This document shows positions 9,338 through 18,724 of a stretch of 64,000 bases of DNA, in pieces. Numbering within the stretch: the first letter of the stretch is position 1; the number at the start of each line of letters is the position of its first letter. Below the pieces are notes generated by a model. The model saw nothing but the letters and a program-made list of their open reading frames with translations, was not told where the DNA came from and made no database searches. Source of the DNA: Spirochaetia bacterium (lineage in GTDB: Bacteria; Spirochaetota; Spirochaetia; CADAEX01); the NCBI GenBank assembly GCA_024402405.1, contig JAKSTW010000003.1, forward strand, positions 10,003 through 74,002. Direction: 5' to 3'. The translations under genes were made by a program, and so were the position numbers.

Positions 9338-11800
9338 TTACAGTATATCGCTGAAATAGCGGTATACTGAGTTCAGCTTCTCAAGACTCTTAGGGTCAGC
9401 ATTCTCAGGAACTTCATCTGTGAAGATCTCCAGACTGCTGAGAGAAGCCAGAACTGCACTGTCAAATGATTTGATTCCCTTCATCCAGTAGTTTCCCCGC
9501 TCATCTGTGCACAGTGACAGAAATCCCGGAAGTCCTTTCCCTTTTTTAGGCTTGCAGAGATAAAGAAGCTTATCAAGGTACGGAATGATCTTCTGGAAAT
9601 TTTTTCTGGAGTTGATGCTGCCGTTGAACGGAAGTCCATCCACAAATTTGAATTCAGGGTCAATATACGGAACTATCCTCTGAAGTTCCTGCATTTTCTC
9701 ATCTGTCAGTATATCCATTCCTTTGTATGTTATTTTTCCATGCAGATCTTTCAGCTTGTTGTCAGCAACGAATGACGGAAGCACATGCTTGAGCTGTTCC
9801 CATGGTAATGTAGCCATTTTCTTCTTGCCCCGTGAACCTTTGTGCAGCTCAAACAGCTGATTGCCTATCTTGATCTGCCATGGTGTCTCTGCTGCAGCCT
9901 TCTCTGCTTTCTCAGCCTTGGCTGTGGCCTGCAGTTTCTGTGCCAGCTCAGGTGATATGTTTTTCAGTACCTGGCTGCTCAGCGGTGATACGGAATGTGC
10001 GTACATCTTGCTGGTGCGGACGATCTCACCTGCAACTATGAAATCAGGATTCTCCCTGAACATCACTGAACCCGGATGTATGAAAATTCTCTCGGCTGTA
10101 AGGCTGCTGTATGCCTCTTTGCCGGTTCTGGCACATACGAACTGGATCAGTCCCTTGCCGATGGCACTGAGATAATTCTCTATGCATCCTCCGCTGGAGA
10201 TAGGAATTCCCTGCTCGCTGACAATATCCTCAAGCTGTTCCTTTATGCTGACGATCTCGTTCATGACTTTTATATCCAGATATTTTGACTCGCAGAATTT
10301 CTCCTTATTGTCAGATGACAGGAATGCGTCATAAAGATCGATATATGATACGAAATCACCATATTTGCTTCTGAATGAGTGATGGGCTTTTCTTGCCTCC
10401 ATCTCCTCGCCCTGAGGCAGCAGGAACGGACTGTTGGTGGAAAGGAAAGTGACTGCTATTATGGTCTCTTCGATTATGTCAGGATATTTCAGGATCGCCT
10501 CCACCAGTATTCTGGAAAGACGCGGGAGAAGAGGGTAGACAGCCATCATCTCGCCGATTTTTGTCAGAGTGTTGTCAGTGTTCAGGGCTTCCAGCATCAC
10601 CAGTGTCTCTACCGCACTTCTGATGCCTGATCTTTCAGGTGATGATATGAAGTCGAAGGATTCAAAGTCCGTGATTCCCAGTTCTGCCATTCTGAGGATG
10701 ACTTCTGAAAGGTCTGTCCTGTATATCTCTTCTTTTGTGAACATGACTCTGTTCTCAAAGCTGCTTTTTGTATAAAGCCTGTAGCATGTTCCGGGCTGTG
10801 TTCTGCCGGCTCTTCCTTTTCTCTGGTTGCAGGATGCCTTTGAGATAGGAGATTCCAGCAGGGAAGATGTGAATGTCCTGGTATTGTAGGTGTTTATCTT
10901 TGCCAGACCTGAATCTATGACAGTCGTGATGCCATCTATCGTGACACTGGTCTCTGCTATGTTGGTGGAGACTATCACCTTGGTCTTGCCTGGGGGTGTC
11001 GGTATGAAGATACGCTCCTGCTCCTCCTTGGAGAGTCTGCCGTACAGTGGCAGCAGCATGAGCTTGTCCCGTACAGGGCTGGCATCCAGCATGGTGATGC
11101 AGTCTTTTATCATCTTCTCTCCGGAAAGGAATATGAGGATATCACCGGGGCGCTCCTCATCTATGCAGCGCTCCACGATGTCGCCTGTCTTCAGCAGCAG
11201 CTCATCTGGCTTGGCATCCTCCGGTACAGGGTCGTATATGACTCCTACCGGATATACTGTGGAATCTATGTGGACGATAGGACATCCTCCGAAATATTCA
11301 GAGAATACAGATGTGTTGATTGTTGCTGAGGATATGATGATCTTGAAGTCTTCCCGCTCATTGGATATGCGCTTCAGCAGTCCAAGTATGAAGTCTATGT
11401 TCAGACTTCGCTCATGGGCCTCATCAACTATGAGACAGCTGTATTTGGAAAGCATGGGGTCATGCTTTATCTCCTGGAGAAGGATACCGTCTGTCATGAT
11501 CTTTATGACTGTCTCTGGCAGAGTCTCATCTGCGAATCTCATCTTGTATCCCACAGTTCCGGGAACTTCGCATCCCAGCTGACGTGATATGTAGTCGCAG
11601 ACTGACAGGGTGGCAATACGCCGTGGCTGTGTGACTCCTATGATTCCGCTGGTGGAGAATCCTGCCTCGTACAGAATCATAGGAAGCTGGGTGGTCTTGC
11701 CTGAACCTGTCGGGCTCTCTATGACCACCACTTTATTATTTTTTATGCATTCAAGAATTTTATCTTTGTGCCTGTAGACAGGCAGTTCTTTTGGTTCCAA
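9338..11800 (-). CDS. hrpA: DEAH-box ATP-dependent RNA helicase, HrpA-like
   Basis: SPTGSGKTTQ, DEAHERS, SATIN, TNIAETSVTIDG, QRKGRAGR. TTG start at 11800, 2 nt after the hisS stop, with an AAGAGG SD inside the hisS 3' end. Confidence 0.8.
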   Translation of the reverse strand: MEPKELPVYRHKDKILECIKNNKVVVIESPTGSGKTTQLPMILYEAGFSTSGIIGVTQPRRIATLSVCDYISRQLGCEVPGTVGYKMRFADETLPETVIKIMTDGILLQEIKHDPMLSKYSCLIVDEAHERSLNIDFILGLLKRISNEREDFKIIISSATINTSVFSEYFGGCPIVHIDSTVYPVGVIYDPVPEDAKPDELLLKTGDIVERCIDEERPGDILIFLSGEKMIKDCITMLDASPVRDKLMLLPLYGRLSKEEQERIFIPTPPGKTKVIVSTNIAETSVTIDGITTVIDSGLAKINTYNTRTFTSSLLESPISKASCNQRKGRAGRTQPGTCYRLYTKSSFENRVMFTKEEIYRTDLSEVILRMAELGITDFESFDFISSPERSGIRSAVETLVMLEALNTDNTLTKIGEMMAVYPLLPRLSRILVEAILKYPDIIEETIIAVTFLSTNSPFLLPQGEEMEARKAHHSFRSKYGDFVSYIDLYDAFLSSDNKEKFCESKYLDIKVMNEIVSIKEQLEDIVSEQGIPISSGGCIENYLSAIGKGLIQFVCARTGKEAYSSLTAERIFIHPGSVMFRENPDFIVAGEIVRTSKMYAHSVSPLSSQVLKNISPELAQKLQATAKAEKAEKAAAETPWQIKIGNQLFELHKGSRGKKKMATLPWEQLKHVLPSFVADNKLKDLHGKITYKGMDILTDEKMQELQRIVPYIDPEFKFVDGLPFNGSINSRKNFQKIIPYLDKLLYLCKPKKGKGLPGFLSLCTDERGNYWMKGIKSFDSAVLASLSSLEIFTDEVPENADPKSLEKLNSVYRYFSDIL

Positions 11801-11802
11801 TT

Positions 11803-13104
11803 TTACCTCTTAAGTATGGATTTGATTTTCTCGATTCCTTCCTCAAGAGTCAGTTTCTCAAAATTCTCACGGGTCGCCAGATTCTTCACAGTTATTGTTC
11901 CGGACTGGAATTCTTCAGACCCGCAGATTATTCCCACTGGAATATTTTTCTTTTCCGCATATCCGAACTGCTTGTTCAGCTTCTTTGTCTCAGAGTAAAT
12001 ATCACATGAAATTCCGTTCTCTCTCAGGAGGAATCCTATTTTTGTATAATATCCCAGAAGGCTCTCATCAATATTGAATATTATAGTGTCGCAGAGTGAT
12101 ACATCGCTGTTTTTCCGGCCGATGGCTTCCAGTGCGGAGATCAGACGGTCAATGCCGATGGATGCGCCCACTCCAGGAAGCTTTGTTTTTGTGTAGAGTG
12201 ATGCCAGGTCGTTGTATCTGCCGCCGGAACATACTGAGCCGAATTCAGGTGCATCATCCAGAAATGTCTCATATACCAGACCGGTGTAGTAGTCCAGTCC
12301 TCGGGTGATGGACGGATCCAGCACGAAACAGTCAGAGATCCCGTTGGAATCCAGTGCTGCCTTCAGTGTGTGCAGTCTGGCTGTATCCTCAGCCTCACCG
12401 CCTGCCAGTGATGTTATTTTTTCCAGCGTCCTGTCGAAGGTGTCTTCCATGCTGATGTAATCCAGTATTTTTGCGGCGTTCTCATCTCCTGTGATCTCAG
12501 CCAGCTGTCTGGAGACCTCGTCCTTTCCGATTTTGGCCAGCTTGTCCACCAGACGCAGTATGTCCACCAGCTTGTCTTTTATTCCCAGAGTCTCCAGAAA
12601 TCTGTTGAATACCAGACGGCTGGACAGATGGATCTTGAAATTCTCCACTCCGATATTCTTCAGCGATGTGTAGATCATGGTGAGAATTTCCAGATCTGCG
12701 GCTGCTGTGTCCACACCTACAATATCAAAATCGCACTGATAGAATTCTCTGTATCTTCCCTTCTGTGTGTTCTCGCCTCTCCATACCTTGGCTATGTGGA
12801 AACGCTTGAACGGAACGGTGAGTTTGTCCAGATTGGCGCTGACGAACCTGGCGAAAGGAACTGTCAGGTCAAAGCGCATGGAAATGTCTCTTTTCCCGTT
12901 GTCGGTGAATCTGTAAACCTGTTTGTCGGTCTCTCCGCCACCTTTGCCCAGGAGAACTTCTGTGTATTCCAGTACCGGTGTATCTATCGGCACGAAGCCG
13001 AAGCTGGTGAATGTTCTCTCGAGTATTGAGAAAAGGCGTTTTTTCTCTGTTTCCTCTGCTGGAAGTGAGTCTCTGAAGCCTTTGAGAATTTTTGGTTCTA
13101 TCAT
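11803..13104 (-). CDS. hisS: histidine--tRNA ligase
   Basis: MIEPKILKGFRDSLP.., WRGENTQKGRYREFYQCDFDIVG (class II motif 2), GGRYD. Start moved to the internal Met at 13104 (AAGGA SD upstream). The track ORF extension to 13221 is low-complexity and overlaps the leader element. Confidence 0.9.
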   Translation of the reverse strand: MIEPKILKGFRDSLPAEETEKKRLFSILERTFTSFGFVPIDTPVLEYTEVLLGKGGGETDKQVYRFTDNGKRDISMRFDLTVPFARFVSANLDKLTVPFKRFHIAKVWRGENTQKGRYREFYQCDFDIVGVDTAAADLEILTMIYTSLKNIGVENFKIHLSSRLVFNRFLETLGIKDKLVDILRLVDKLAKIGKDEVSRQLAEITGDENAAKILDYISMEDTFDRTLEKITSLAGGEAEDTARLHTLKAALDSNGISDCFVLDPSITRGLDYYTGLVYETFLDDAPEFGSVCSGGRYNDLASLYTKTKLPGVGASIGIDRLISALEAIGRKNSDVSLCDTIIFNIDESLLGYYTKIGFLLRENGISCDIYSETKKLNKQFGYAEKKNIPVGIICGSEEFQSGTITVKNLATRENFEKLTLEEGIEKIKSILKR

Positions 13105-13184
13105 TGTTGGAGTCCTTTTGAAATTTTTTTCAGAATATAAAATATAATTATAATAGTAATTTTTCAAGTACAGAAGGATAATAT

Positions 13185-13310
13185 AAGGAAGGGACATCGC
13201 AAGATAAAAGAGGAAGGACACCCCCGTTTCGGCCAGTGGTTTCCTCCCTCTTTAAATCTCTCTTCTTCCTTCGGACGACTCAGGGCTAACGTCGCCCTGG
13301 ACCCAAGAGA
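13185..13310 (-). ncRNA. candidate structured RNA element, copy A (5' leader of hisS-hrpA)
   Basis: About 89% identical to 62787-62910 in the same orientation. On the minus strand it has hairpin CAGGGC-N7-GCCCTG (13281-13299) and a long hairpin at 13207-13253 with a 12-bp lower stem followed by UUUUAUCUU. Positions that are G-U pairs on the minus strand would be A-C mismatches on the plus strand. Confidence 0.45.
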
Positions 13311-13348
13311 AGCAACTTCACTGTCCCACTGATGGCACACCTTTTTTA

Positions 13349-13377
13349 TTGCATTTACTATAACAATCCGTTATAAT
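13349..13377 (+). promoter_or_regulatory. sigma70-like promoter of lysR (TTGCAT-N17-TATAAT)
   Basis: -35 TTGCAT at 13349-13354, exactly 17 nt of spacer, -10 TATAAT at 13372-13377. The ATG at 13385 lies 7-8 nt downstream with no SD, implying a leaderless mRNA. Confidence 0.5.
13359..13375. promoter_or_regulatory. LTTR-type dyad (T-N11-A) TATAAC-AATCC-GTTATA
   Basis: Perfect 6-bp inverted repeat with a 5-nt spacer. It overlaps the spacer and -10 of the lysR promoter and the divergent hisS-leader promoter region. Confidence 0.4.
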
Positions 13378-13384
13378 CACCATC

Positions 13385-14284
13385 ATGAATCTTTTTCATC
13401 TGAAGGCATTCTATTATACTGCCAAGTACAGAAGCTACACCAAGGCAGCCAAAGCGCTCTATGTGACGCAGCCTGCCATCACCAGACAGATACAGGAGCT
13501 GCAGAATACTTACAACCTGGTATTTTTCAATAAAATAGGCAAAAAGATCATGCTGACAGATGCAGGTGAGGCTATGTACTCACTGGCAGAGAAGATCTTC
13601 GATCTGGAGACTCAGGTGGAGGAGAGCATCCGTGACTTCCAGTATCAGACCAAGGGAAATATCAGTATAGCCTCCTGCGAGACCCTGGCTTCTTATTACC
13701 TGCCGTACGTCCTGGCTGAGTTCAGCAAAAAATTTCCTGATATATTTCTTTCTGTCCGTACCCATACGGATGAGGAGGTCCTGGATAATGTTCTGTCTCT
13801 TGACAGCGACATAGGTTTTGTCTCCTGCGGCGTGTCCCGCCCCAAGCTGACCATAAGGGAGTTCCTGCACGAGGATCTGATCTTCATAGCGTCTCCTGAC
13901 AATCCTCTGGCACGGAAAAAACTGCTGGAGCCATGGGATCTCAACGGTGTGCCTGTGATATGGCATGAGCCGGGATGCGGAACCAGACGCATTTTCAATG
14001 ATTTTATCCACAAGTATCATCTGCACACCAAGGATGTATGTGAATTCACCAATAATTCAGCCATAATAAACTTGGTGAAGCTGAATGTGGGAATCTCTCT
14101 GATATCCAGAAATGTTGTCCATGATGAGCTGAAAAATGGTGAGATCGCCGCGCTTAATATTGCAGGTGAGGAGTTCAGCCGTATCTATTATATAGCTTAC
14201 CATCAGGATAAATATTTCTCAAAAATCATGGCGGATTTTGTCACATCTGCTGACAGATGGGTATTTGACTACCTCCACGGCTAA
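13385..14284 (+). CDS. LysR-family transcriptional regulator
   Basis: N-terminal wHTH (FYYTAKYRSYTKAAKALYVTQPAITRQIQELQ) plus a LysR substrate-binding domain, 299 aa. Confidence 0.85.
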   Translation: MNLFHLKAFYYTAKYRSYTKAAKALYVTQPAITRQIQELQNTYNLVFFNKIGKKIMLTDAGEAMYSLAEKIFDLETQVEESIRDFQYQTKGNISIASCETLASYYLPYVLAEFSKKFPDIFLSVRTHTDEEVLDNVLSLDSDIGFVSCGVSRPKLTIREFLHEDLIFIASPDNPLARKKLLEPWDLNGVPVIWHEPGCGTRRIFNDFIHKYHLHTKDVCEFTNNSAIINLVKLNVGISLISRNVVHDELKNGEIAALNIAGEEFSRIYYIAYHQDKYFSKIMADFVTSADRWVFDYLHG

Positions 14285-14317
14285 ATCTTCTTATTTACAT
14301 TATTTTCTTAATTCGTA

Positions 14318-14346
14318 TTGCATTTTTTCCCCATTGCAGTTATCAT
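14318..14346 (+). promoter_or_regulatory. candidate V-ATPase operon promoter (TTGCAT-N17-TATCAT)
   Basis: Same -35 hexamer as the lysR and prfB candidate promoters, with a 17-nt spacer, 36 nt upstream of the ntpE start. Confidence 0.4.
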
Positions 14347-14381
14347 ATTACCCAAATAATTACGCTGCGAGAGGATCTTAT

Positions 14382-15005
14382 ATGGAAGTTCAAGTTAAGG
14401 AATTGATTGATAAAATCAAAACAGACGGCATTAAGACTGCCGAAGAAAAAGCTGCGCAGATTGTAAAGGACGCGCAGGCAAAAGCTGAGACTATAGTAGC
14501 TAATGCCAAAAAAGAAGCTTCAGTGATCGTAGCCGATGCAGAAGAAAAAGCTGCAAAGAGCAAAGTATCTGGAGAAGAAGCCATTAAACAGGCTGGCAGA
14601 GACCTTATTCTCAACATCCGTGAGAAGATAACAGACCTTTTCAATGTTATCCTCAATAACGAAGTGAAAGGTGCCATGGACGACAAACTCATGGGCAATG
14701 TTATCACAAATCTTATTTCATCATGGAAAGGTGATGATGGTGATCTGGAAGTTCTTCTTCCTGAAAAGGACATCAAGAGCACAGAACAGTATCTTATGGC
14801 TAAACTGGCTGATAAGGTTAAGAAAGGACTTGACATCAAACCTTCAAGGTCTATTGATGCAGGTTTCCATGTATCAGCAAAAGATGGCTCTGCTTATCAT
14901 AACTTCTCTGCAGAAGGTATAGCAGAAGTTTTCTCCGATTATCTTAACCCGAGACTTGCTAAGTTGTTGGCTGAGGGAATCAAAAAAGCAAAACCGGAGG
15001 CATAA
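14382..15005 (+). CDS. ntpE: V-type ATP synthase subunit E
   Basis: MEVQVKELIDKIKTDGIKTAEEKAAQIVKDAQAKAE.., a charged coiled-coil N-terminus, first gene of the V-ATPase cluster. Start set at the internal ATG 14382 (GAGAGGA SD). The track ORF start at 14238 overlaps the lysR 3' end. Confidence 0.8.
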   Translation: MEVQVKELIDKIKTDGIKTAEEKAAQIVKDAQAKAETIVANAKKEASVIVADAEEKAAKSKVSGEEAIKQAGRDLILNIREKITDLFNVILNNEVKGAMDDKLMGNVITNLISSWKGDDGDLEVLLPEKDIKSTEQYLMAKLADKVKKGLDIKPSRSIDAGFHVSAKDGSAYHNFSAEGIAEVFSDYLNPRLAKLLAEGIKKAKPEA

Positions 15006-15008
15006 GCC

Positions 15009-15560
15009 TTGGCAAATCAATATTATTATACTGTTGCTTCTTTACCAATGCTCTCTTTGGAATCTGAAAAGTTCATGACAGAAAGTGAATTCCTTTCAGC
15101 CTGCGAGACCACGATCTCAGAGAAGGACTTCGATAACCTGAAGGCCTCCCTGCTGTTGCCGGTCCAGGGCGCTGTTGTCACCGATCCCCTTCTTAAGGGC
15201 TGGTACGACTGGGAAAATACACTCAGATGTGAACTTGTGAAACTTAGAGCAGCAAAGAAAGGAACAGATGCTGAAAAATATATCAGCGAAAATCCTGGTG
15301 AGGCCGGAGTGGCTGAAATTGCCAGAGAGGCATTTAATCAGAATTCTCCTTTGGAGAGCGAGAAAGTTCTGGACAGAGCAAGATGGGAATACCTGGATAT
15401 GCTCGAGGCAGGACATATGTTCGATATCGGCAGACTGATTATTTACTATCTTAAACTCCAGCTGCTTAACAGAAGAGCTATGCTGAATAAGGATAGAGGC
15501 CGGCAGGAATACGAAAAGATTTATGCTGACATTCTTGCTGCGGCAAGAAAAGATGCTTGA
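15009..15560 (+). CDS. V-ATPase-associated DUF2764-like protein
   Basis: MANQYYYTVASLPML.. sits between subunits E and A, as in Bacteroidota/Chlamydia/Spirochaete V-ATPase operons. TTG start 8 nt after GGAGG. Confidence 0.5.
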   Translation: MANQYYYTVASLPMLSLESEKFMTESEFLSACETTISEKDFDNLKASLLLPVQGAVVTDPLLKGWYDWENTLRCELVKLRAAKKGTDAEKYISENPGEAGVAEIAREAFNQNSPLESEKVLDRARWEYLDMLEAGHMFDIGRLIIYYLKLQLLNRRAMLNKDRGRQEYEKIYADILAAARKDA

Positions 15561-15605
15561 TGCATGGCTTGCAAATTGTAAGTTGATATTTTATAGAGGT
15601 ATTTT

Positions 15606-17408
15606 ATGAGTGATATAGTAGAAAAGAAGAGCAGCGGCAAGGTTGTCGGAGTAAACGGCAACATGATTACCATCGAGGTTACCGGCAACGTTCTGATGAA
15701 CGAAATCGGCTATGTAGTAATCAACACAGCTGAGGGAGTTAAAAAACTCAAGGCCGAGGTAATCAGAATCAAAGGTAAATATGCCGACATGCAGGTTTAT
15801 GAAATGACCAGAGGAGTCGGTGAGGGAGACGAGGTCGAGCTCACAGGCGAGATGCTTGCAGTAACATTGGGACCTGGACTTCTGGGACAGGTTTTTGATG
15901 GTCTGCAGAACCCACTTCCTAAGCTGGCAGAACAGAGCGGATTCTTCCTTGAGAGAGGTGTATACCTTCCTGCTCTTCCTGGCGATAAAAAATGGCATTT
16001 CACTCCATGCGTAAAAGCAGGAGACACAGTTTACAGAGCTGATGCCATCGGTTCTGTTCCGGAAGGAATCTTCAATCATAAGATCATGGTTCCTTTCAAT
16101 ATGTATGATACATATAAAATCAAATCAATCGCTGCAGAAGGCGAGTATACTGTAAATGAGAAGATAGCTGCAATCACAGACACAAAGGGAAAGGTTTATC
16201 CTCTTACAATGTCTTTCCAGTGGCCTGTAAAGAGAGCTATCGATGCTTATGCAGAGAGACTCAAACCAGTTGATCCGATGATCACAAAGGTAAGACTGAT
16301 CGATACATTCTTCCCTGTTGCAAAAGGTGGTACATATTGTATTCCTGGTCCATTCGGAGCTGGAAAGACAGTACTTCAGCAGATCACTTCAAAGAACGCT
16401 GAGGTCGATATCGTAATCATCGCAGCATGTGGAGAGCGTGCAGGTGAGGTTGTAGAGGAACTTAAAGAGTTCCCTGAGCTGATCGACCCTAAGACAGGCC
16501 GTTCACTGATGGAAAGAACAATGATCATCTGTAACACATCTTCAATGCCTGTTGCATCAAGAGAGGCATCTGTATACACAGCAGTTACACTGGCTGAGTA
16601 CTACAGAGAGATGGGACTCCATGTACTCCTTCTGGCTGACTCCACATCAAGATGGGCACAGGCCATGAGAGAGATGTCTGGTCGTCTTGAGGAGATCCCG
16701 GGTGAGGAAGCATTCCCTGCATATCTGGAATCTTCTATCGCTGCTTTCTATGAGAGAGCTGGTATCGTAAGACTTAAGGACGGTTCACTTGGATCTGTAA
16801 CAATCGGTGGTACAGTATCTCCTGCCGGCGGTAACTTCGAGGAGCCTGTAACTCAGGCTACACTTAAGGTAGTAGGTGCATTCCACGGACTTTCAAGAGA
16901 GAGATCTGATGCCAGAAAGTACCCTGCTATCCACCCACTGGAAAGCTGGAGTAAATATAAGTCCGGTGCTGTTGACAATGATATGATCGAGTATGCAAGA
17001 AACATCATGTTCAGAGGAAACGATGTAGGTCAGATGATGAAGGTCGTAGGTGAGGAAGGAACCAGTATCGGTGACTACATCACTTACCTGAAAGAGGAAC
17101 TTCTTGACTCTGTATACATCCAGCAGAACTCATTCGATGAAGTAGACGCAGCAGTACCTGTTGAGAGACAGGCACATATTTTCAATATCCTGCTCAAGAT
17201 CCTTGCTGCTGAATTTAATGGATTCACAGTTAAGGACGAGGTAAGATCCTACTTCAACCAGCTGAGACAGTGCTTCCTTGACTACAATGGAACGATCTGG
17301 GGAAGCGATGAATTCAAGAAGAAGGAAGCTGAACTCCTTGAAATGCTTGCTTCAAAACAGACTGGTTCTGATGAAAATGCAGCAGCTCTGCTTGCAAAAA
17401 TAAAATAA
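15606..17408 (+). CDS. ntpA: V-type ATP synthase catalytic subunit A
   Basis: 600 aa; GPFGAGKTVLQ Walker A, LLADSTSRWAQAMRE, non-homologous insert region. Confidence 0.95.
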   Translation: MSDIVEKKSSGKVVGVNGNMITIEVTGNVLMNEIGYVVINTAEGVKKLKAEVIRIKGKYADMQVYEMTRGVGEGDEVELTGEMLAVTLGPGLLGQVFDGLQNPLPKLAEQSGFFLERGVYLPALPGDKKWHFTPCVKAGDTVYRADAIGSVPEGIFNHKIMVPFNMYDTYKIKSIAAEGEYTVNEKIAAITDTKGKVYPLTMSFQWPVKRAIDAYAERLKPVDPMITKVRLIDTFFPVAKGGTYCIPGPFGAGKTVLQQITSKNAEVDIVIIAACGERAGEVVEELKEFPELIDPKTGRSLMERTMIICNTSSMPVASREASVYTAVTLAEYYREMGLHVLLLADSTSRWAQAMREMSGRLEEIPGEEAFPAYLESSIAAFYERAGIVRLKDGSLGSVTIGGTVSPAGGNFEEPVTQATLKVVGAFHGLSRERSDARKYPAIHPLESWSKYKSGAVDNDMIEYARNIMFRGNDVGQMMKVVGEEGTSIGDYITYLKEELLDSVYIQQNSFDEVDAAVPVERQAHIFNILLKILAAEFNGFTVKDEVRSYFNQLRQCFLDYNGTIWGSDEFKKKEAELLEMLASKQTGSDENAAALLAKIK

Positions 17409-17420
17409 GGGACGGAAGAA

Positions 17421-18719
17421 ATGCGCAAGGTTTATAGTAAAATTGAATCAATTACTGGAAACGTAATTACAGTCGCAGCTGATAACGTAAAGAATGACGA
17501 TCTTGCTGAAGTTTCTTCAGCACACGGAAAGTCACTTGCACGTGTTATCAGACTGGATAAGGGTAAGGTATCACTGCAGGTTTTCGCTGGTGCAAAGGGT
17601 GTTTCAACTGGTGACGAGGTAAGATTCCTTGGTCATCCTATGAAGATCTCCTGCTCAGAGAACCTTCTTGGAAGAATTTTCGATGGTAGCGGTATGCCAA
17701 GAGACAACGGTCCTGAACTTGAGGAGAACCTCATTGAGATCGGTGGACCATCAGTCAACCCTTCAAAGAGAATCATTCCGAAAAACATGGTAAGAACTGG
17801 TATTCCAATGATCGATGTATTCAACTCATTGGTTGAATCCCAGAAGCTTCCTATTTTCTCATCATCTGGTGAGCCATACAACGAACTTCTTGCACGTATC
17901 GCCATGCAGGCCGAAGTTGATATGATCATTCTTGGTGGTATGGGTCTTAAGTACGATGACTACCTGTTCTTCAAGGAAACACTTGAGGAAGGTGGTGCGC
18001 TGAGCAGAACAATCTTCTTTGTTCATACAGCAGCTGACCCTATCGTAGAATGTCTGCTGGTTCCAGATATCTCACTGGCAGTTGCAGAGCAGTTCGCCCT
18101 TCAGGGAAAGAAAGTTCTGGTACTTCTCACAGATATGACCAACTTCGCAGATGCTATGAAAGAGAATGCCATCACAATGGAACAGGTACCTTCAAACAGA
18201 GGTTACCCTGGAGACCTTTACAGCCAGCTGGCATCAAGATACGAGAAGGCAGTAGACTTCGAGGGATCCGGTTCTATCACAATCCTTGCTGTAACAACAA
18301 TGCCTGGTGACGACGTTACACACCCAGTACCAGACAACACAGGATATATTACAGAGGGTCAGTTCTACCTGAAGAACGGAAGAATTGAGCCATTCGGATC
18401 ACTTTCAAGACTTAAACAGCAGGTCAACAAGGATACACGTGCTGACCACAGAGCCCTTATGGATGGTATGATCAAGCTGTACTCAGCTTATAAGGAAGCT
18501 CTTGAGAAGAAGTCTATGGGTTTCAGAATGTCTGACTGGGATAACAAGCTCCTTAAATACGGTGCTATTTTCGAGGAACAGCTTATGTCATTGTCAGTAA
18601 ACATTCCATTGGAAAAAGCTCTTGACAAGGGTTGGGAAATTCTTGCTGAATGCTTCTCCAAGGAAGAAACAGGACTTAGAACAGAACTTCTTAACAAGTT
18701 CTGGCCAAAGAAGGACTGA
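17421..18719 (+). CDS. ntpB: V-type ATP synthase subunit B
   Basis: 432 aa; typical V1 B-subunit blocks ([44 protein letters not shown]). Confidence 0.95.
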   Translation: MRKVYSKIESITGNVITVAADNVKNDDLAEVSSAHGKSLARVIRLDKGKVSLQVFAGAKGVSTGDEVRFLGHPMKISCSENLLGRIFDGSGMPRDNGPELEENLIEIGGPSVNPSKRIIPKNMVRTGIPMIDVFNSLVESQKLPIFSSSGEPYNELLARIAMQAEVDMIILGGMGLKYDDYLFFKETLEEGGALSRTIFFVHTAADPIVECLLVPDISLAVAEQFALQGKKVLVLLTDMTNFADAMKENAITMEQVPSNRGYPGDLYSQLASRYEKAVDFEGSGSITILAVTTMPGDDVTHPVPDNTGYITEGQFYLKNGRIEPFGSLSRLKQQVNKDTRADHRALMDGMIKLYSAYKEALEKKSMGFRMSDWDNKLLKYGAIFEEQLMSLSVNIPLEKALDKGWEILAECFSKEETGLRTELLNKFWPKKD

Positions 18720-18724
18720 GATTT

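Noticed and set aside
13105-13221. N-terminal 39-codon extension of the hisS track ORF (MSFLFYLAMSLPYIILLYLKNYYYNY..)
   Set aside because: It is an AT-rich low-complexity translation with no SD. HisRS homology begins at MIEPKILKGFRD, which has an AAGGA SD. The region is better explained as a 5' UTR.
13185-13310. Identity of the repeated element as a T-box, SRP RNA or other known riboswitch
   Set aside because: The location upstream of an aaRS gene suggested a T-box, but I find no GGUGGUACCGCG-like T-box sequence or a convincing specifier-loop/K-turn layout. CCGAAGGAAGAAG superficially resembles the SRP helix-8 motif, but the flanking pairing is absent and SRP RNA would be single-copy. No TPP, SAM, ZTP, c-di-GMP, ykkC or fluoride cores were seen. 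It is left unassigned.
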